DNA of 64,000 nucleotides from Pirellulaceae bacterium (lineage in GTDB: Bacteria > Planctomycetota > Planctomycetia > Pirellulales > Pirellulaceae), in NCBI GenBank assembly GCA_020852965.1, contig JADYZV010000052.1, forward strand, positions 20,989-84,988. Direction: 5' to 3'. How positions within the stretch are numbered: position 1 is the first letter of the stretch; each line of letters starts with the position of its first letter. Made by a program: the position numbers and the translations under genes. Below the pieces are notes generated by a model. It was not told the origin of the DNA and searched no databases. It saw only the letters and a list, made by a program, of their open reading frames with translations. Shown here piece after piece: positions 17,217 to 26,626 of this stretch.

Positions 17217-18665
17217 ATGTCCCAACCAATTCAGTTACAAAAAGTAGTTTCGGTCGCTTGGTGGAAACACCTCAATAGCTATCACTGGTTCGTATTTGCC
17301 ATGGCCGCACTGGCTTGGCTGTTCGATTGTTTGGACCAGCAGATATTCATTCTCTTCCGCAACGATGCCTTGAAGACGCTGCTTCCGCCCGATTGGGACG
17401 TGAAGGCATACGGTGGTTACGCCACGTCGATCTTCGTGGCCGGCTGGGCTACAGGGGGCTTGATCTTCGGTTCGGTCGGAGATCGCATCGGTCGCGCCAA
17501 GACATTGACGCTAACCGTATTGCTGTACTCGGTCTTTACCGGTCTGACGGCGCTGTCGACGTCGTGGGTCGACTTTGCCATCTATCGCTTCATCACAGGA
17601 CTGGGAGTGGGTGGTGTGTTTGGTTTGGCGGTTGCACTTATCGCTGATACGCTGCCCGACGAGTCGCGACCCGGCGCTCTGGGAATGTTGCAGGCCCTCT
17701 CGGCAATTGGCAACATTACCGCTGGGCTGATCAGCATGTGGTTGGGCAGCCTGATTACCAGCGGCTCCAATTCCATCACCGCCGACACGGCATGGAAATA
17801 CGCATTCCTGTTCGGTGCCATTCCCGCCTTCTTGTGCGTGTTTATTCAATTGCGCATGAGAGAACCCGAAAAGTGGGTCAAGGCCAAGGAGGCAGGCAAG
17901 ATAACTGGTGTCAAGTTTGGCTCGTACGTTTCGCTGCTTGGCCCCGGTCGGTGGCGCAAGCCTGCTCTACTGGGCATGTTGCTGTGCATCGCAGGAGTGA
18001 TCGGGCTATGGGGGATCGGCTTCTTTGCTCCCGAGTTGGTCGGTGACGTCATCGCCACTTCGGTCCGTGCCGAAGCGCTCAAAGCTTCGGTAGCCTTATC
18101 GCCGGATGAGCTTGCCCAGCGCATATCGAGTCAATCGGCCTACTACAAAGGGCTCAATGGGATCATCCAAAACATCGGTGCATTTTTCGGTATGCTCGCC
18201 TTTTCGTGGTTAGCCCAGCGAGCTGGTCGCAAGCCAGCCTTTGTGGTTGCATTCATCGGTGCATTCATCGCCACCAACGTCTACTTCCAAATGTTCAAGA
18301 GCGTCGATCAGATTTGGATGAGTGGCGTGATGGGCTTTTTCCAACTGGCGCTATTCGCCGGCTTTGCAATTTACTTGCCGGAGCTTTTCCCGACGCGATT
18401 GCGCAGCACAGGAACCAGCTTTTGCTACAACGTCGGGCGATTTCTGGCAGCCACCGGTCCCTTTACCCTAGGGATGTTGCAGCACAATTTGGGCGAGTCG
18501 GCGATGGCCAAACTACCGGAGACGGCCGATGCGGCAGCCAAAGCCGCCGCCAAGCTTGGTGCGTTTCGCGAGGCCACTTCCTGGGTCAGCCTAGTGTTTA
18601 TCCTTGGGATTGTCGTCGTGTTCTTCTTGCCTGAAACCAAAGGCAAGCCGATGCCCGAAGACTAA
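17217..18665 (+). CDS. MFS transporter
   Basis: ~12 TM helices, GSVGDRIGRAK motif A, YRFITGLGVGG and ELFPTRLRSTG. Confidence 0.93.
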   Translation: MSQPIQLQKVVSVAWWKHLNSYHWFVFAMAALAWLFDCLDQQIFILFRNDALKTLLPPDWDVKAYGGYATSIFVAGWATGGLIFGSVGDRIGRAKTLTLTVLLYSVFTGLTALSTSWVDFAIYRFITGLGVGGVFGLAVALIADTLPDESRPGALGMLQALSAIGNITAGLISMWLGSLITSGSNSITADTAWKYAFLFGAIPAFLCVFIQLRMREPEKWVKAKEAGKITGVKFGSYVSLLGPGRWRKPALLGMLLCIAGVIGLWGIGFFAPELVGDVIATSVRAEALKASVALSPDELAQRISSQSAYYKGLNGIIQNIGAFFGMLAFSWLAQRAGRKPAFVVAFIGAFIATNVYFQMFKSVDQIWMSGVMGFFQLALFAGFAIYLPELFPTRLRSTGTSFCYNVGRFLAATGPFTLGMLQHNLGESAMAKLPETADAAAKAAAKLGAFREATSWVSLVFILGIVVVFFLPETKGKPMPED

Positions 18666-18789
18666 TGTGGCCCGACGCTCCGCGTCGGTATTCCCCTATT
18701 CCCCTATTCCCGGCCCTCAGCCCCCTGCCAGCTTGTCTGGCAGGAGCCAAAGTTTTGCAAATAGAAATTAGTTTTGAAATCGTCCGCCG

Positions 18790-18836
18790 GCCATCCTGGC
18801 CAATCACCGCCACCGGCGGTGATTGGCCAGGATGGC
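18790..18836. terminator. Perfect 22-bp hairpin between convergent genes
   Basis: GCCATCCTGGCCAATCACCGCC-ACC-GGCGGTGATTGGCCAGGATGGC. The terminator role is inferred from position. Confidence 0.55.
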
Positions 18837-18852
18837 GGCAGGGAAGTTGATC

Positions 18853-18967
18853 GCATCTAGCTACAAAACTGTTCACCAGCGAGCAAGCTCGCTGGGGCCT
18901 GAACAAAAAATGGGGAGCATCTAGCAACAAAACTGTTCACCAGCGAGCAAGCTCGCTGGGGTCTGAA
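18853..18967. repeat. 51-bp direct repeat x2 (period 64) carrying hairpin CCAGCGAGC-AA-GCTCGCTGG
   Basis: Copies at 18853-18903 and 18917-18967 differ at 2 positions. Confidence 0.9.
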
Positions 18968-18983
18968 GCAACGATACCGAGCC

Positions 18984-20873
18984 TTACAAGCCGGCTTTTT
19001 TAAGCATGCCCTGCGCTTCGGCGTCATCCTTGAGTTTTTCACCGATCTTCTGTGCAGCGGTTTTGGCTTCGTTGCGGAGATTGCCCGACTGAGTAGCTTC
19101 AATGGCTAGCTTCAGAGTGCCTCGGCTGGGATAGCGCTGCAAGACTTCGAGCACCATCTTGCGTTCGGTGTCCTGCTTACAAGCTTGCATGGCTTCGGCA
19201 CACATGGCTACGCGCTCGGACTCGGGCATGACAAATTGCCGAGCGATGCGGATGTAACCTCGCATAGCCCGAACTTGAAATTTATCCGCAGGACCTGTGG
19301 TGGCAAGTTTCAAGAGGACCGGTGCGGCGTCAGCGGTCATCCACTCGCCCATCAGTCTGCTGCTGACATCCTTCAAGTTCACGTTGTCACCGCCGCCGTA
19401 ACCCGCCAACGTCTTCAGGGCGTGTGGGCCACCCATGCTTCCGAGGATCTCCAAGATGGCGACCTGCGCAGCCGTCGGAGCGTCTTTCACAGCGGCAGAC
19501 AACTCACCGGCAGCAGCTTCGCGATCAGGCATGCGAATGGCACCGGTCTTGAGAGCGGTCACCGCCGCGTCGAAGTCCTCACTGTGCTTGGGCGAGACGA
19601 CTTGTTTGACGAGCAAGTCGAGTCGCTCGGGTGCCACGGTACGGCCTAGCGACTCGAGGGCTGCGTGACGTACGGCGGGGCGTGAGCTGTCGAGCGCTTT
19701 GACCAGTGCGTCGGTAGCTTCAATGCGGCGCAGTCCTACGACTTCGATCAACAACTGGGCGTCGACGTCGCCTTGGGCTTCCGGCAGGCGAGTGACGACC
19801 TCTTGATTGACAGCTTCGTCGGGAATGTTCACCAGTGCAGCTTTGACGGGAGCGACTAAGTCTTCGGATTCGGTGGCTATTTTCAATAAGGGGGCAACGC
19901 AGGACGCATCGCCGGTACGACCAATAGCATCGATCGCTGCCACTCGCACCTCTTTCGATCCGGCAGTAGCGGCCAGCTCGACGATGGTTTGCACATCGAC
20001 GGTGCCTGGCATGTCCGCCAGAGCTTGCACGATCAACGGAGCTCGATCGGGACTGGCCGAGGCGACCTCAGCCAGTAGCGCGGCGGCGAGCTCTTGGCTG
20101 GGCATTTCACGAGCCGTTTGCAGGGCGACGTAGAACAGCTTTCTCTCCTGCGAGCGAAGCGTCTCGACGAGCAGCGGGATGCCATCGGCACCCTGGGCGA
20201 TCATGGCACCGCGCGTGGCTTCGACGATACGTTGCTGAGGCACGTTAGCGCTGCGCACTTGATCGTAGACTTCGACGGCTCCTGTAGCGTCGCCCGCCGC
20301 GAGAGCTTGTTCGGCACAGAGCACACAGCCCGCAGCGACGGCTGACCGGACCGTTTCAGAGTCACTGGCCAAAGCGGCAAGCAGTGCGCTGGTAGCGTCC
20401 GCTCCGCCAATTTTCCCTAATGCGAAAGCTGCGGCCACGGCCGCTTGAGGATCGCTGTTTTTCAACTGGCCAGTGAGCATTTCTACGGCAGCCAGATCGC
20501 GGCGAACACCGATCGAGTTGATGGTACCAACGAGCAGTTTGCCAGTCAGCGAGGCGCAAGCGTCGCGCAGTGCCGAGTCGGCTTCGCTGCCTGGAATGGC
20601 CTCGAGCGCGATGCGCGTCCAGGACGCTAGTTCCGCGTCCGACAAAAGCTTGGCCAGCTCAGGCACGGCAGCGGGCGAGCCATATACGGTCAGTCGCTTG
20701 CAAGCCATCGCTTTATCGGCGCGAGGCGCATCATCACTAGCTAGAATCGCAATAAGTTCAGGCTCGGCACTGATTGTTTCTACTTGCGCAATACACGGCG
20801 AGGCAAACGAGCCGAGCGCGGCCGAAGCCGCTAAAACAATCGCAGGCAACTTTGATTTCAAGAAGTGGTGCAT
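18984..20873 (-). CDS. Secreted HEAT-repeat protein
   Basis: Signal peptide and repeated Ala/Leu-rich HEAT units (VAAAFALGKIG, VRVAAIDAIGRTG, VRHAALESLG). Confidence 0.85.
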   Translation of the reverse strand: MHHFLKSKLPAIVLAASAALGSFASPCIAQVETISAEPELIAILASDDAPRADKAMACKRLTVYGSPAAVPELAKLLSDAELASWTRIALEAIPGSEADSALRDACASLTGKLLVGTINSIGVRRDLAAVEMLTGQLKNSDPQAAVAAAFALGKIGGADATSALLAALASDSETVRSAVAAGCVLCAEQALAAGDATGAVEVYDQVRSANVPQQRIVEATRGAMIAQGADGIPLLVETLRSQERKLFYVALQTAREMPSQELAAALLAEVASASPDRAPLIVQALADMPGTVDVQTIVELAATAGSKEVRVAAIDAIGRTGDASCVAPLLKIATESEDLVAPVKAALVNIPDEAVNQEVVTRLPEAQGDVDAQLLIEVVGLRRIEATDALVKALDSSRPAVRHAALESLGRTVAPERLDLLVKQVVSPKHSEDFDAAVTALKTGAIRMPDREAAAGELSAAVKDAPTAAQVAILEILGSMGGPHALKTLAGYGGGDNVNLKDVSSRLMGEWMTADAAPVLLKLATTGPADKFQVRAMRGYIRIARQFVMPESERVAMCAEAMQACKQDTERKMVLEVLQRYPSRGTLKLAIEATQSGNLRNEAKTAAQKIGEKLKDDAEAQGMLKKAGL

Positions 20874-21119
20874 AGGTGATTTCCAATTTGGTATGTGTTT
20901 GAATGGGTGAAGGGCAATCCTGTTGGTATTGGCGACACTATTCGCTGTAGGCGACTGGGGCCCTGCGTAAACTCTGTGCCTCTGTGTTTAAATTCCCTGT
21001 CTATTGGGCCACATAACGGTCATGCGGCTCGTTTCGCAATTGAAACACAGAGTTCACAGAGAGTTTTGCCGTCAACGCCACTAGCGCGAAAACGGACAAT
21101 GCTCTTAACGATTTATTCA

Positions 21120-22406
21120 TTAGATGCGGTATGGCTCGCGCAGCGCTTCGGAGCGTAGGCGATTGGCTTCGACGTCGTCGATGAACTCCATCTTATCGGT
21201 GTCCAAGTTGACTTGGCGATCGAGGAACAGCGCCACGTTGGCGGCATGGCAGGCGATGTGCGCGCGCGCAGCCGCTTCGGGATTCCCCTTGGGTTGGCTG
21301 CGCGTTTTGACGCAGTCGAGGAAATCGCGGACGTGGAACGTCGCTGGATATCCGTCAACTTCTTCCACCGTGCGCCCGGCCAATAGTTCAGGTGAGCTGA
21401 GTACCATTTTACCGCTGTCACCCGCTTCAACCCAACCGGTTTCGCCTTCGAAGCGTACGGGGCAAGAGCCGAGTGGTATCCAGCCCTTTTCGCGGAAAAT
21501 CAACTCGGTTCCATTGGCGTAGGTAGAGACCAGCTCGTCATCTTTCTTGGCATTGTACTGGATCGGTGGTGGGCAATCGCCCATAGCCCATTGGCACAAG
21601 TCGACGCAGTGCGAGCCCCATTCGAGTACGCCACCACCAACGAGACCGCCCCCTTTTTCAAAGTGAAATCCATTGAGCAATTGTGGGTTGAAGGGACGCC
21701 ACGCAGCGGGGCCGAGATAGGTATCCCAGTCGATAACCTCTGGGTCCGGTGCAGGTTCGGCTGGTAGCCAGCCGCTGGTGACGGCTTGCATGCCGGCTGG
21801 GTGGGCATAGACTTTTTTGAGTTTGCCGAGCTTGCCCGTACGAGCTAGGTAGCAGGCGAAGGCGAAGTGGGGCAGATTTCTGCGCTGAGTGCCAGCTTGG
21901 AAAATGCGCGCGGTGCGTCGCATGGTGTCGGCCAACGCGAGACTCTGAATAATGTTTTTCGTACAAGGTTTTTCACAGTACATGTCTTTGCCCGCATGCG
22001 CGGCAGCGACCGCCATCGTGCAATGCCAGTTGGGGCCCGTGGCGATCAGCACGGCGTCGATATCACTGCGATCGAGCAGTTCGCGGAAATCGCGAATCAT
22101 AGCGCAGTTCTGATTGCCCTGTTTATCGTCGACGATTTTTTTGACTGCCAAGCGGCGTTGTTCTTTGATGTCACACACGGCCGCGAATTGCACGTCGGAT
22201 TGTTCGAGAAAGCAGCCTAGGTCGTAGGTGCCGCGATTGCCAATGCCGATACCACCTACCACAATACGTTCGCTGGGAGGTGTCGCGCCATCGCGACCGA
22301 TGGCGGAGCTGGGGATGATGGTCGGCAGGGCAACGGCCGCCGCCGCAGTCGAGGCGGATGCTTTCAAAAAGTTTCTGCGATTCCGCGTTTTGCCAAGGTG
22401 GGCCAT
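21120..22406 (-). CDS. Tat-exported Gfo/Idh/MocA family oxidoreductase
   Basis: RRNFLK twin-arginine signal, GIGNRG, IATGPNWH, YCEKP and FQAGTQRR. Confidence 0.93.
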   Translation of the reverse strand: MAHLGKTRNRRNFLKASASTAAAAVALPTIIPSSAIGRDGATPPSERIVVGGIGIGNRGTYDLGCFLEQSDVQFAAVCDIKEQRRLAVKKIVDDKQGNQNCAMIRDFRELLDRSDIDAVLIATGPNWHCTMAVAAAHAGKDMYCEKPCTKNIIQSLALADTMRRTARIFQAGTQRRNLPHFAFACYLARTGKLGKLKKVYAHPAGMQAVTSGWLPAEPAPDPEVIDWDTYLGPAAWRPFNPQLLNGFHFEKGGGLVGGGVLEWGSHCVDLCQWAMGDCPPPIQYNAKKDDELVSTYANGTELIFREKGWIPLGSCPVRFEGETGWVEAGDSGKMVLSSPELLAGRTVEEVDGYPATFHVRDFLDCVKTRSQPKGNPEAAARAHIACHAANVALFLDRQVNLDTDKMEFIDDVEANRLRSEALREPYRI

Positions 22407-22517
22407 AATGGTGCTCCTGTTCAGAGGGGTGGGATAGATACCATAGCATACAACAAATAAACCTCGGAATGAAACGTGGCATGAAAATCGACGAACGAAT
22501 AGCAGGGATTTGAGTTT

Positions 22518-23411
22518 ATGCAGTTTTCGGACAAAGCATCCACCGATTCGTGTGAAGTACCGTCTCTAGCAGTCGACGATATCGGATTGGTGTCAGGTGT
22601 AGTCGTCGTCGATCGACTGCGGACCATTGCGGGCAAGCTACTGGATGCGGCCGAACATCTGGAGAGGTTTCTACAGGGTTGCCGTGCAGTGGGGATCGAT
22701 CTACCCAGCCCCGAAGACTTACACGCTCGAGCCATCGAGTGTGTCGAGCGTGCGTGCAAGAGTTACGGCGGAGATGATTTTAATTTGGTTTTGTTGGCCA
22801 CGCCTGGGAGACTACACGCGCGCGAACGCCAACCGACGCTGATCATGCACACGCAGTCGATCCCTTGGGAGCGTTTGGCCCAGTGGTATCGTGACGGACA
22901 AACTTTGACCATCTCTACGAGCCGCAACGTACCGGAGTCGTGTTGGTCCCCTAAGATAAAAACTCGCGCTCGATTGCATTATTACTTAGCCGATCAAGAA
23001 GCCTTGGCTCGTACGCGCGATCCTTATTCGGCCGGTTTGCTGCTCGATCAATATGGCTTTGTGACTGAGACTTCATCGGCAAACGTGTTGATCGTCGAAG
23101 GGGAGAGCTTGATCTCTCCGCGGCGCGAGATGATCTTGGACGGGATCAGCTTGCGACGTACGTTGCGTTTGGCCGAGCGACGAAAGATGGAGGCTCGCTT
23201 CGAAAACATCAGTGTCGAGCGCGCAATGGCTGCTGATGCAATGTGGCTGTGCGGTTCGACCGGATGCTTATGGAAGTCGCAAAGTTTGGATGAGAGGAAG
23301 TACGCTGGCGGGAGGGCTGAGAGCATGTTCACGCAGTTGGTTGACGATTGGAAGCAGGATGTAGGGTTGGATTTTGTCGAACAAGCGATGGAGTGCGCGC
23401 GTTTAGGTTGA
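22518..23411 (+). CDS. Aminotransferase class IV family protein (BCAT / D-amino-acid AT / ADC-lyase fold)
   Basis: PLP lysine in PKIKTRARLHY, ETSSANV and ILDGISL. Confidence 0.85.
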   Translation: MQFSDKASTDSCEVPSLAVDDIGLVSGVVVVDRLRTIAGKLLDAAEHLERFLQGCRAVGIDLPSPEDLHARAIECVERACKSYGGDDFNLVLLATPGRLHARERQPTLIMHTQSIPWERLAQWYRDGQTLTISTSRNVPESCWSPKIKTRARLHYYLADQEALARTRDPYSAGLLLDQYGFVTETSSANVLIVEGESLISPRREMILDGISLRRTLRLAERRKMEARFENISVERAMAADAMWLCGSTGCLWKSQSLDERKYAGGRAESMFTQLVDDWKQDVGLDFVEQAMECARLG

Positions 23412-23457
23412 GGGTATTTGCGGCGGTACCCTAAAATCGTTTAACGCCGAGCCGGAT

Positions 23458-25235
23458 GAGAGTGCTGACTTAACGTCAATCTTACCGCATAATAGGAATA
23501 GGTGCTTGGCGTCTTATTTGGGAGGCATTGCGATGTTGATGGAGCAGCCCTGGCGTTATCGTTTGACTGAATTCGACCATAAGGTGTTCGATGCAATTGT
23601 GCCGCAGGAGCATTTGTTGATCGACGTTGACCGCGTAATCGATTGGTCGTCATTCACCGGCATTTTGGAAGAATATTATTCTCGAAATCGCGGCCAGCCA
23701 GCGATTCTGCCGGTGATTATGTTGAAATTGGAATTTTTGCGGTACATGTACAACTTGTCGGATCGTCAAGTAATGGAGCGAGCCGACACGGATATGATCT
23801 TCCGTTGGTTTCTGAAGGTTCCCATTAGCTTTCAATTGCCTGATGCTAGCGTGTTGTCCAAGTTCCGCGGTCGACTGGGTACGGATGGATTCAAGCGAGT
23901 TTTTAGCCAACTGGTGGTGTTGGCTCGTCAATCAGGCTTAGTTAAGGATCGCTTGCGACTAAAGGACGCGACCCATGTTATCGCCAATATCGCGGTACCT
24001 CCAGTAATCAAGTTGATCGCCCAAATTCGCGATCGACTTCTCAAAGACCTTGAATGTTTCGATCCCGAGTTAGCAACTGGATTTCGCGTGGCCGTAGAAT
24101 CGCTACGGGAATCGTGCAAGGGAGCCACGGTAGCTATCCAGCTTGAGCAGCGAGTAGGTCTTTTAGCTGATGTTGTGCAGGCCGCTGCCAAGCTGCCGAT
24201 TCCCGTTGATGTAGAGACCAACGTTGCTTGGCACAACTTACGTGAAACGCTGGCTGTTGCTCAGAAGATCTTGTACGACCAAGCGAATCCCAAGGAAGGG
24301 CGTCGGACAGTGAGTATCGTCGACAGCGAAGCGCGGCGAGGTCAACACGGCGATTGGTACGATGGCTATGTCGTCGATGTGATGATGGACGCAGATAGCG
24401 AGCTAATTACGGAAATACAGGTGCTCGAAGCTGGTGGCGACGAAGCAAAAAGTGCAGTGGAATTGATTCGCAATGAACAGTCCACGCATGGCAATAAAAT
24501 AGAACAGTTCTCCATTGACGGAGCGGGCTTCAATGGCAAGATGCTGCGTGCCTGCGAAGAACTCGATGTGGCAGTGATAGTTCCTCCGAAACCGATTCCG
24601 CAAGGCAGCGTATTTCCCAACACAGACTTTGCGTTATCTGAAGACGGCAAGACGGTAACTTGTCCGGCGGGCGAGCAATCAAGCTACGCACAGGATGACA
24701 AACGCAAGAACGGTACGATCTTTCGATTCAAGCGTGAACAGTGCGATAGCTGTCCGTTAGTTGCGCAGTGCATGCGCAAGCCAGGCACTGGCGCATTTGG
24801 AAGATCAGTACAGAAGAATGACTACCAAGGCGAATACGATCGCGCCCGCGCCAAGGCAGCGACCGACGAGTACCAGGCCGTTCGTCGCGAGCATCCTGCG
24901 ATAGAACGGAAACTCAACGATATCGCCAATCACCACAAGGGGCGTCGAGCGCGTTATTGGACGCGAGCAAAAGTCGCCGCTCAACAGTTCATGACGGCAT
25001 TCACTGTTAACGCAAAACGCATGACCAAACTACCAACCGAAGAGCTCCGTACTGTCACAGCCTAACGACTTCGATTAAGGGAAGATATATGCCCAAACAA
25101 AGAGGAACTGCTCCCTAAATACAGAAGAGTTGGCTACTGCCAACAGCAAAGGAGGTGCGCGACGGCGAAACCAAAAAATAAAATTAATAACCGTCTACAG
25201 GCACCCACACATATTGCTGTTAAGTCAGCACTCTC
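23458..25235 (+). mobile_element. IS1182-family insertion sequence, 1778 bp
   Basis: Perfect 17-bp terminal inverted repeats GAGAGTGCTGACTTAAC at 23458-23474 and 25219-25235 enclose one transposase. No flanking direct repeat is visible. Confidence 0.85.
23533..25065 (+). CDS. DDE transposase (DUF772-like N-terminus, Cys-rich DDE_Tnp_1_6-like C-terminus)
   Basis: MLKLEFLRYMYNLSDRQV, KDATH, IDGAG, CPAG..CDSCPL..C and RREHPAIERK; GGAGG lies upstream of ATG 23533. Confidence 0.9.
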   Translation: MLMEQPWRYRLTEFDHKVFDAIVPQEHLLIDVDRVIDWSSFTGILEEYYSRNRGQPAILPVIMLKLEFLRYMYNLSDRQVMERADTDMIFRWFLKVPISFQLPDASVLSKFRGRLGTDGFKRVFSQLVVLARQSGLVKDRLRLKDATHVIANIAVPPVIKLIAQIRDRLLKDLECFDPELATGFRVAVESLRESCKGATVAIQLEQRVGLLADVVQAAAKLPIPVDVETNVAWHNLRETLAVAQKILYDQANPKEGRRTVSIVDSEARRGQHGDWYDGYVVDVMMDADSELITEIQVLEAGGDEAKSAVELIRNEQSTHGNKIEQFSIDGAGFNGKMLRACEELDVAVIVPPKPIPQGSVFPNTDFALSEDGKTVTCPAGEQSSYAQDDKRKNGTIFRFKREQCDSCPLVAQCMRKPGTGAFGRSVQKNDYQGEYDRARAKAATDEYQAVRREHPAIERKLNDIANHHKGRRARYWTRAKVAAQQFMTAFTVNAKRMTKLPTEELRTVTA

Positions 25236-25431
25236 CGCAGCAGGCCGCGAGCCGCGTGATTGGCTAGTCAACACGTGAGCTCCTGACTGCGCCTGCGTAG
25301 CCGGGACAATCGCGCTGATGCTATCGCTGCCGCATCCTGCCACCTCGCCATTGTAGACTTTGCTCGCGGCCCACCGTCTATTTCGGCTAGTCGTTAAACA
25401 ATTTGCGCCGCTCGTTGATCAACAATGGCGA

Positions 25432-26565
25432 TTAGCGAGAAGGGCCGCTTTGGCGGCGGTCGCGGCGGGGAGTGCAACTGGTGGTGGCGCGATAGATCGC
25501 GCGCAGGGCTGCGTGCTTGAGCACTAAGGTAGTGGTCCAGGCATTGCGAACTAGTTGTCCGAGGGGGTCGACGGATTGGCACGGTGCGGAGTGCAAGTCG
25601 TCGGGGCCGTGTGGCCAATGCGATAAACGGTCAGCTAGCTTTTCGATCCATGCTGGACCGTGCGAAATACCGCTGATACCTTTTACCAATTCTGCGGGGA
25701 GACGGCGAACGCCTACGTGGGCACCGACCAAACCACCGACAATGGCGGCTACCGAATCGGTGTCGCCGCCGAGCATCACCGCCGACTCGACTGCGCGACG
25801 AAAGTCGCTCGGATAGCGCAGCCAGCAATAGGTGGCCATGATGGTCGTCGGGACGATGCATCCGCTGACCTGCTGATCCCAGCCGAAATGCCGCGCTACG
25901 GCGCGTGGGCTGCGCCGCTGTTCGAGGAAAACCTGCAGTTCGCGCAGCTTGTGCTGGAAATCTCTCGTTGAGCTGGCGTCAATCGCGACAGTGAGCGCGG
26001 CTTGTGGGTCAAAGTTGTTCGGTTTACACGTAGCTCCATGATCGGCCAAGGCGGCTAGGACTTGGCAGCCGTCGCTAGCCAGTGGGTGCGTATGAGTAAG
26101 CTTGGTAGATTCGTCCACCCAACGACTGAGTCGATGTCCTGTACCGTGGATGGCGAGGGCGTTGATCAGGGCGCGCGTGGCGGCACCATTGCCGGCTGAG
26201 TTCACTCCGCTTGGCACCCCCAGGCGCATGAGCCAGCATTTGGCCGCAGAGCGTAGCGTAGCCCTGCCCGCGCCGACAGGAAAACTCAGCAAGTACCAAC
26301 TGAGGCGCTTTTGAAAGATGCGCCGAAAGGATTTTCCGTCGCTGCGTGACTTGAGCAATGCCTGGGCGGTAAGAAACATCAACTGCGTGTCGTCGCTATA
26401 GATCCCGCGACCGCGAGAGAGCTGATAGCGCAAGGGACCGCGACCAAACATTTTCAATCCACGACGGCGGCATAAATTCTCACGAGGCAGCCCAAGGGCA
26501 TCGCCAATGGCGACACCCAGCAGTAAACCGTGAATATGTTCTCTGCGCAGAAAAGTCGAATGCAT
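25432..26565 (-). CDS. ADP-ribosylglycohydrolase family protein
   Basis: GVAIGDALG, YSDDTQ, SAGNGAATR and GGDTDSVAAIVG. Confidence 0.9.
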   Translation of the reverse strand: MHSTFLRREHIHGLLLGVAIGDALGLPRENLCRRRGLKMFGRGPLRYQLSRGRGIYSDDTQLMFLTAQALLKSRSDGKSFRRIFQKRLSWYLLSFPVGAGRATLRSAAKCWLMRLGVPSGVNSAGNGAATRALINALAIHGTGHRLSRWVDESTKLTHTHPLASDGCQVLAALADHGATCKPNNFDPQAALTVAIDASSTRDFQHKLRELQVFLEQRRSPRAVARHFGWDQQVSGCIVPTTIMATYCWLRYPSDFRRAVESAVMLGGDTDSVAAIVGGLVGAHVGVRRLPAELVKGISGISHGPAWIEKLADRLSHWPHGPDDLHSAPCQSVDPLGQLVRNAWTTTLVLKHAALRAIYRATTSCTPRRDRRQSGPSR

Positions 26566-26626
26566 GCGGACGTCAGCATTTCGCGAGGCACTTTCGTTCT
26601 TGCACACGAATGTCCCGCAGTCGGCA

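Noticed and set aside
18853-18967. Palindromic 51-bp repeat pair as a mini-CRISPR
   Set aside because: Only two copies, a 13-nt gap and no cas genes; better explained as a duplicated REP-like element.
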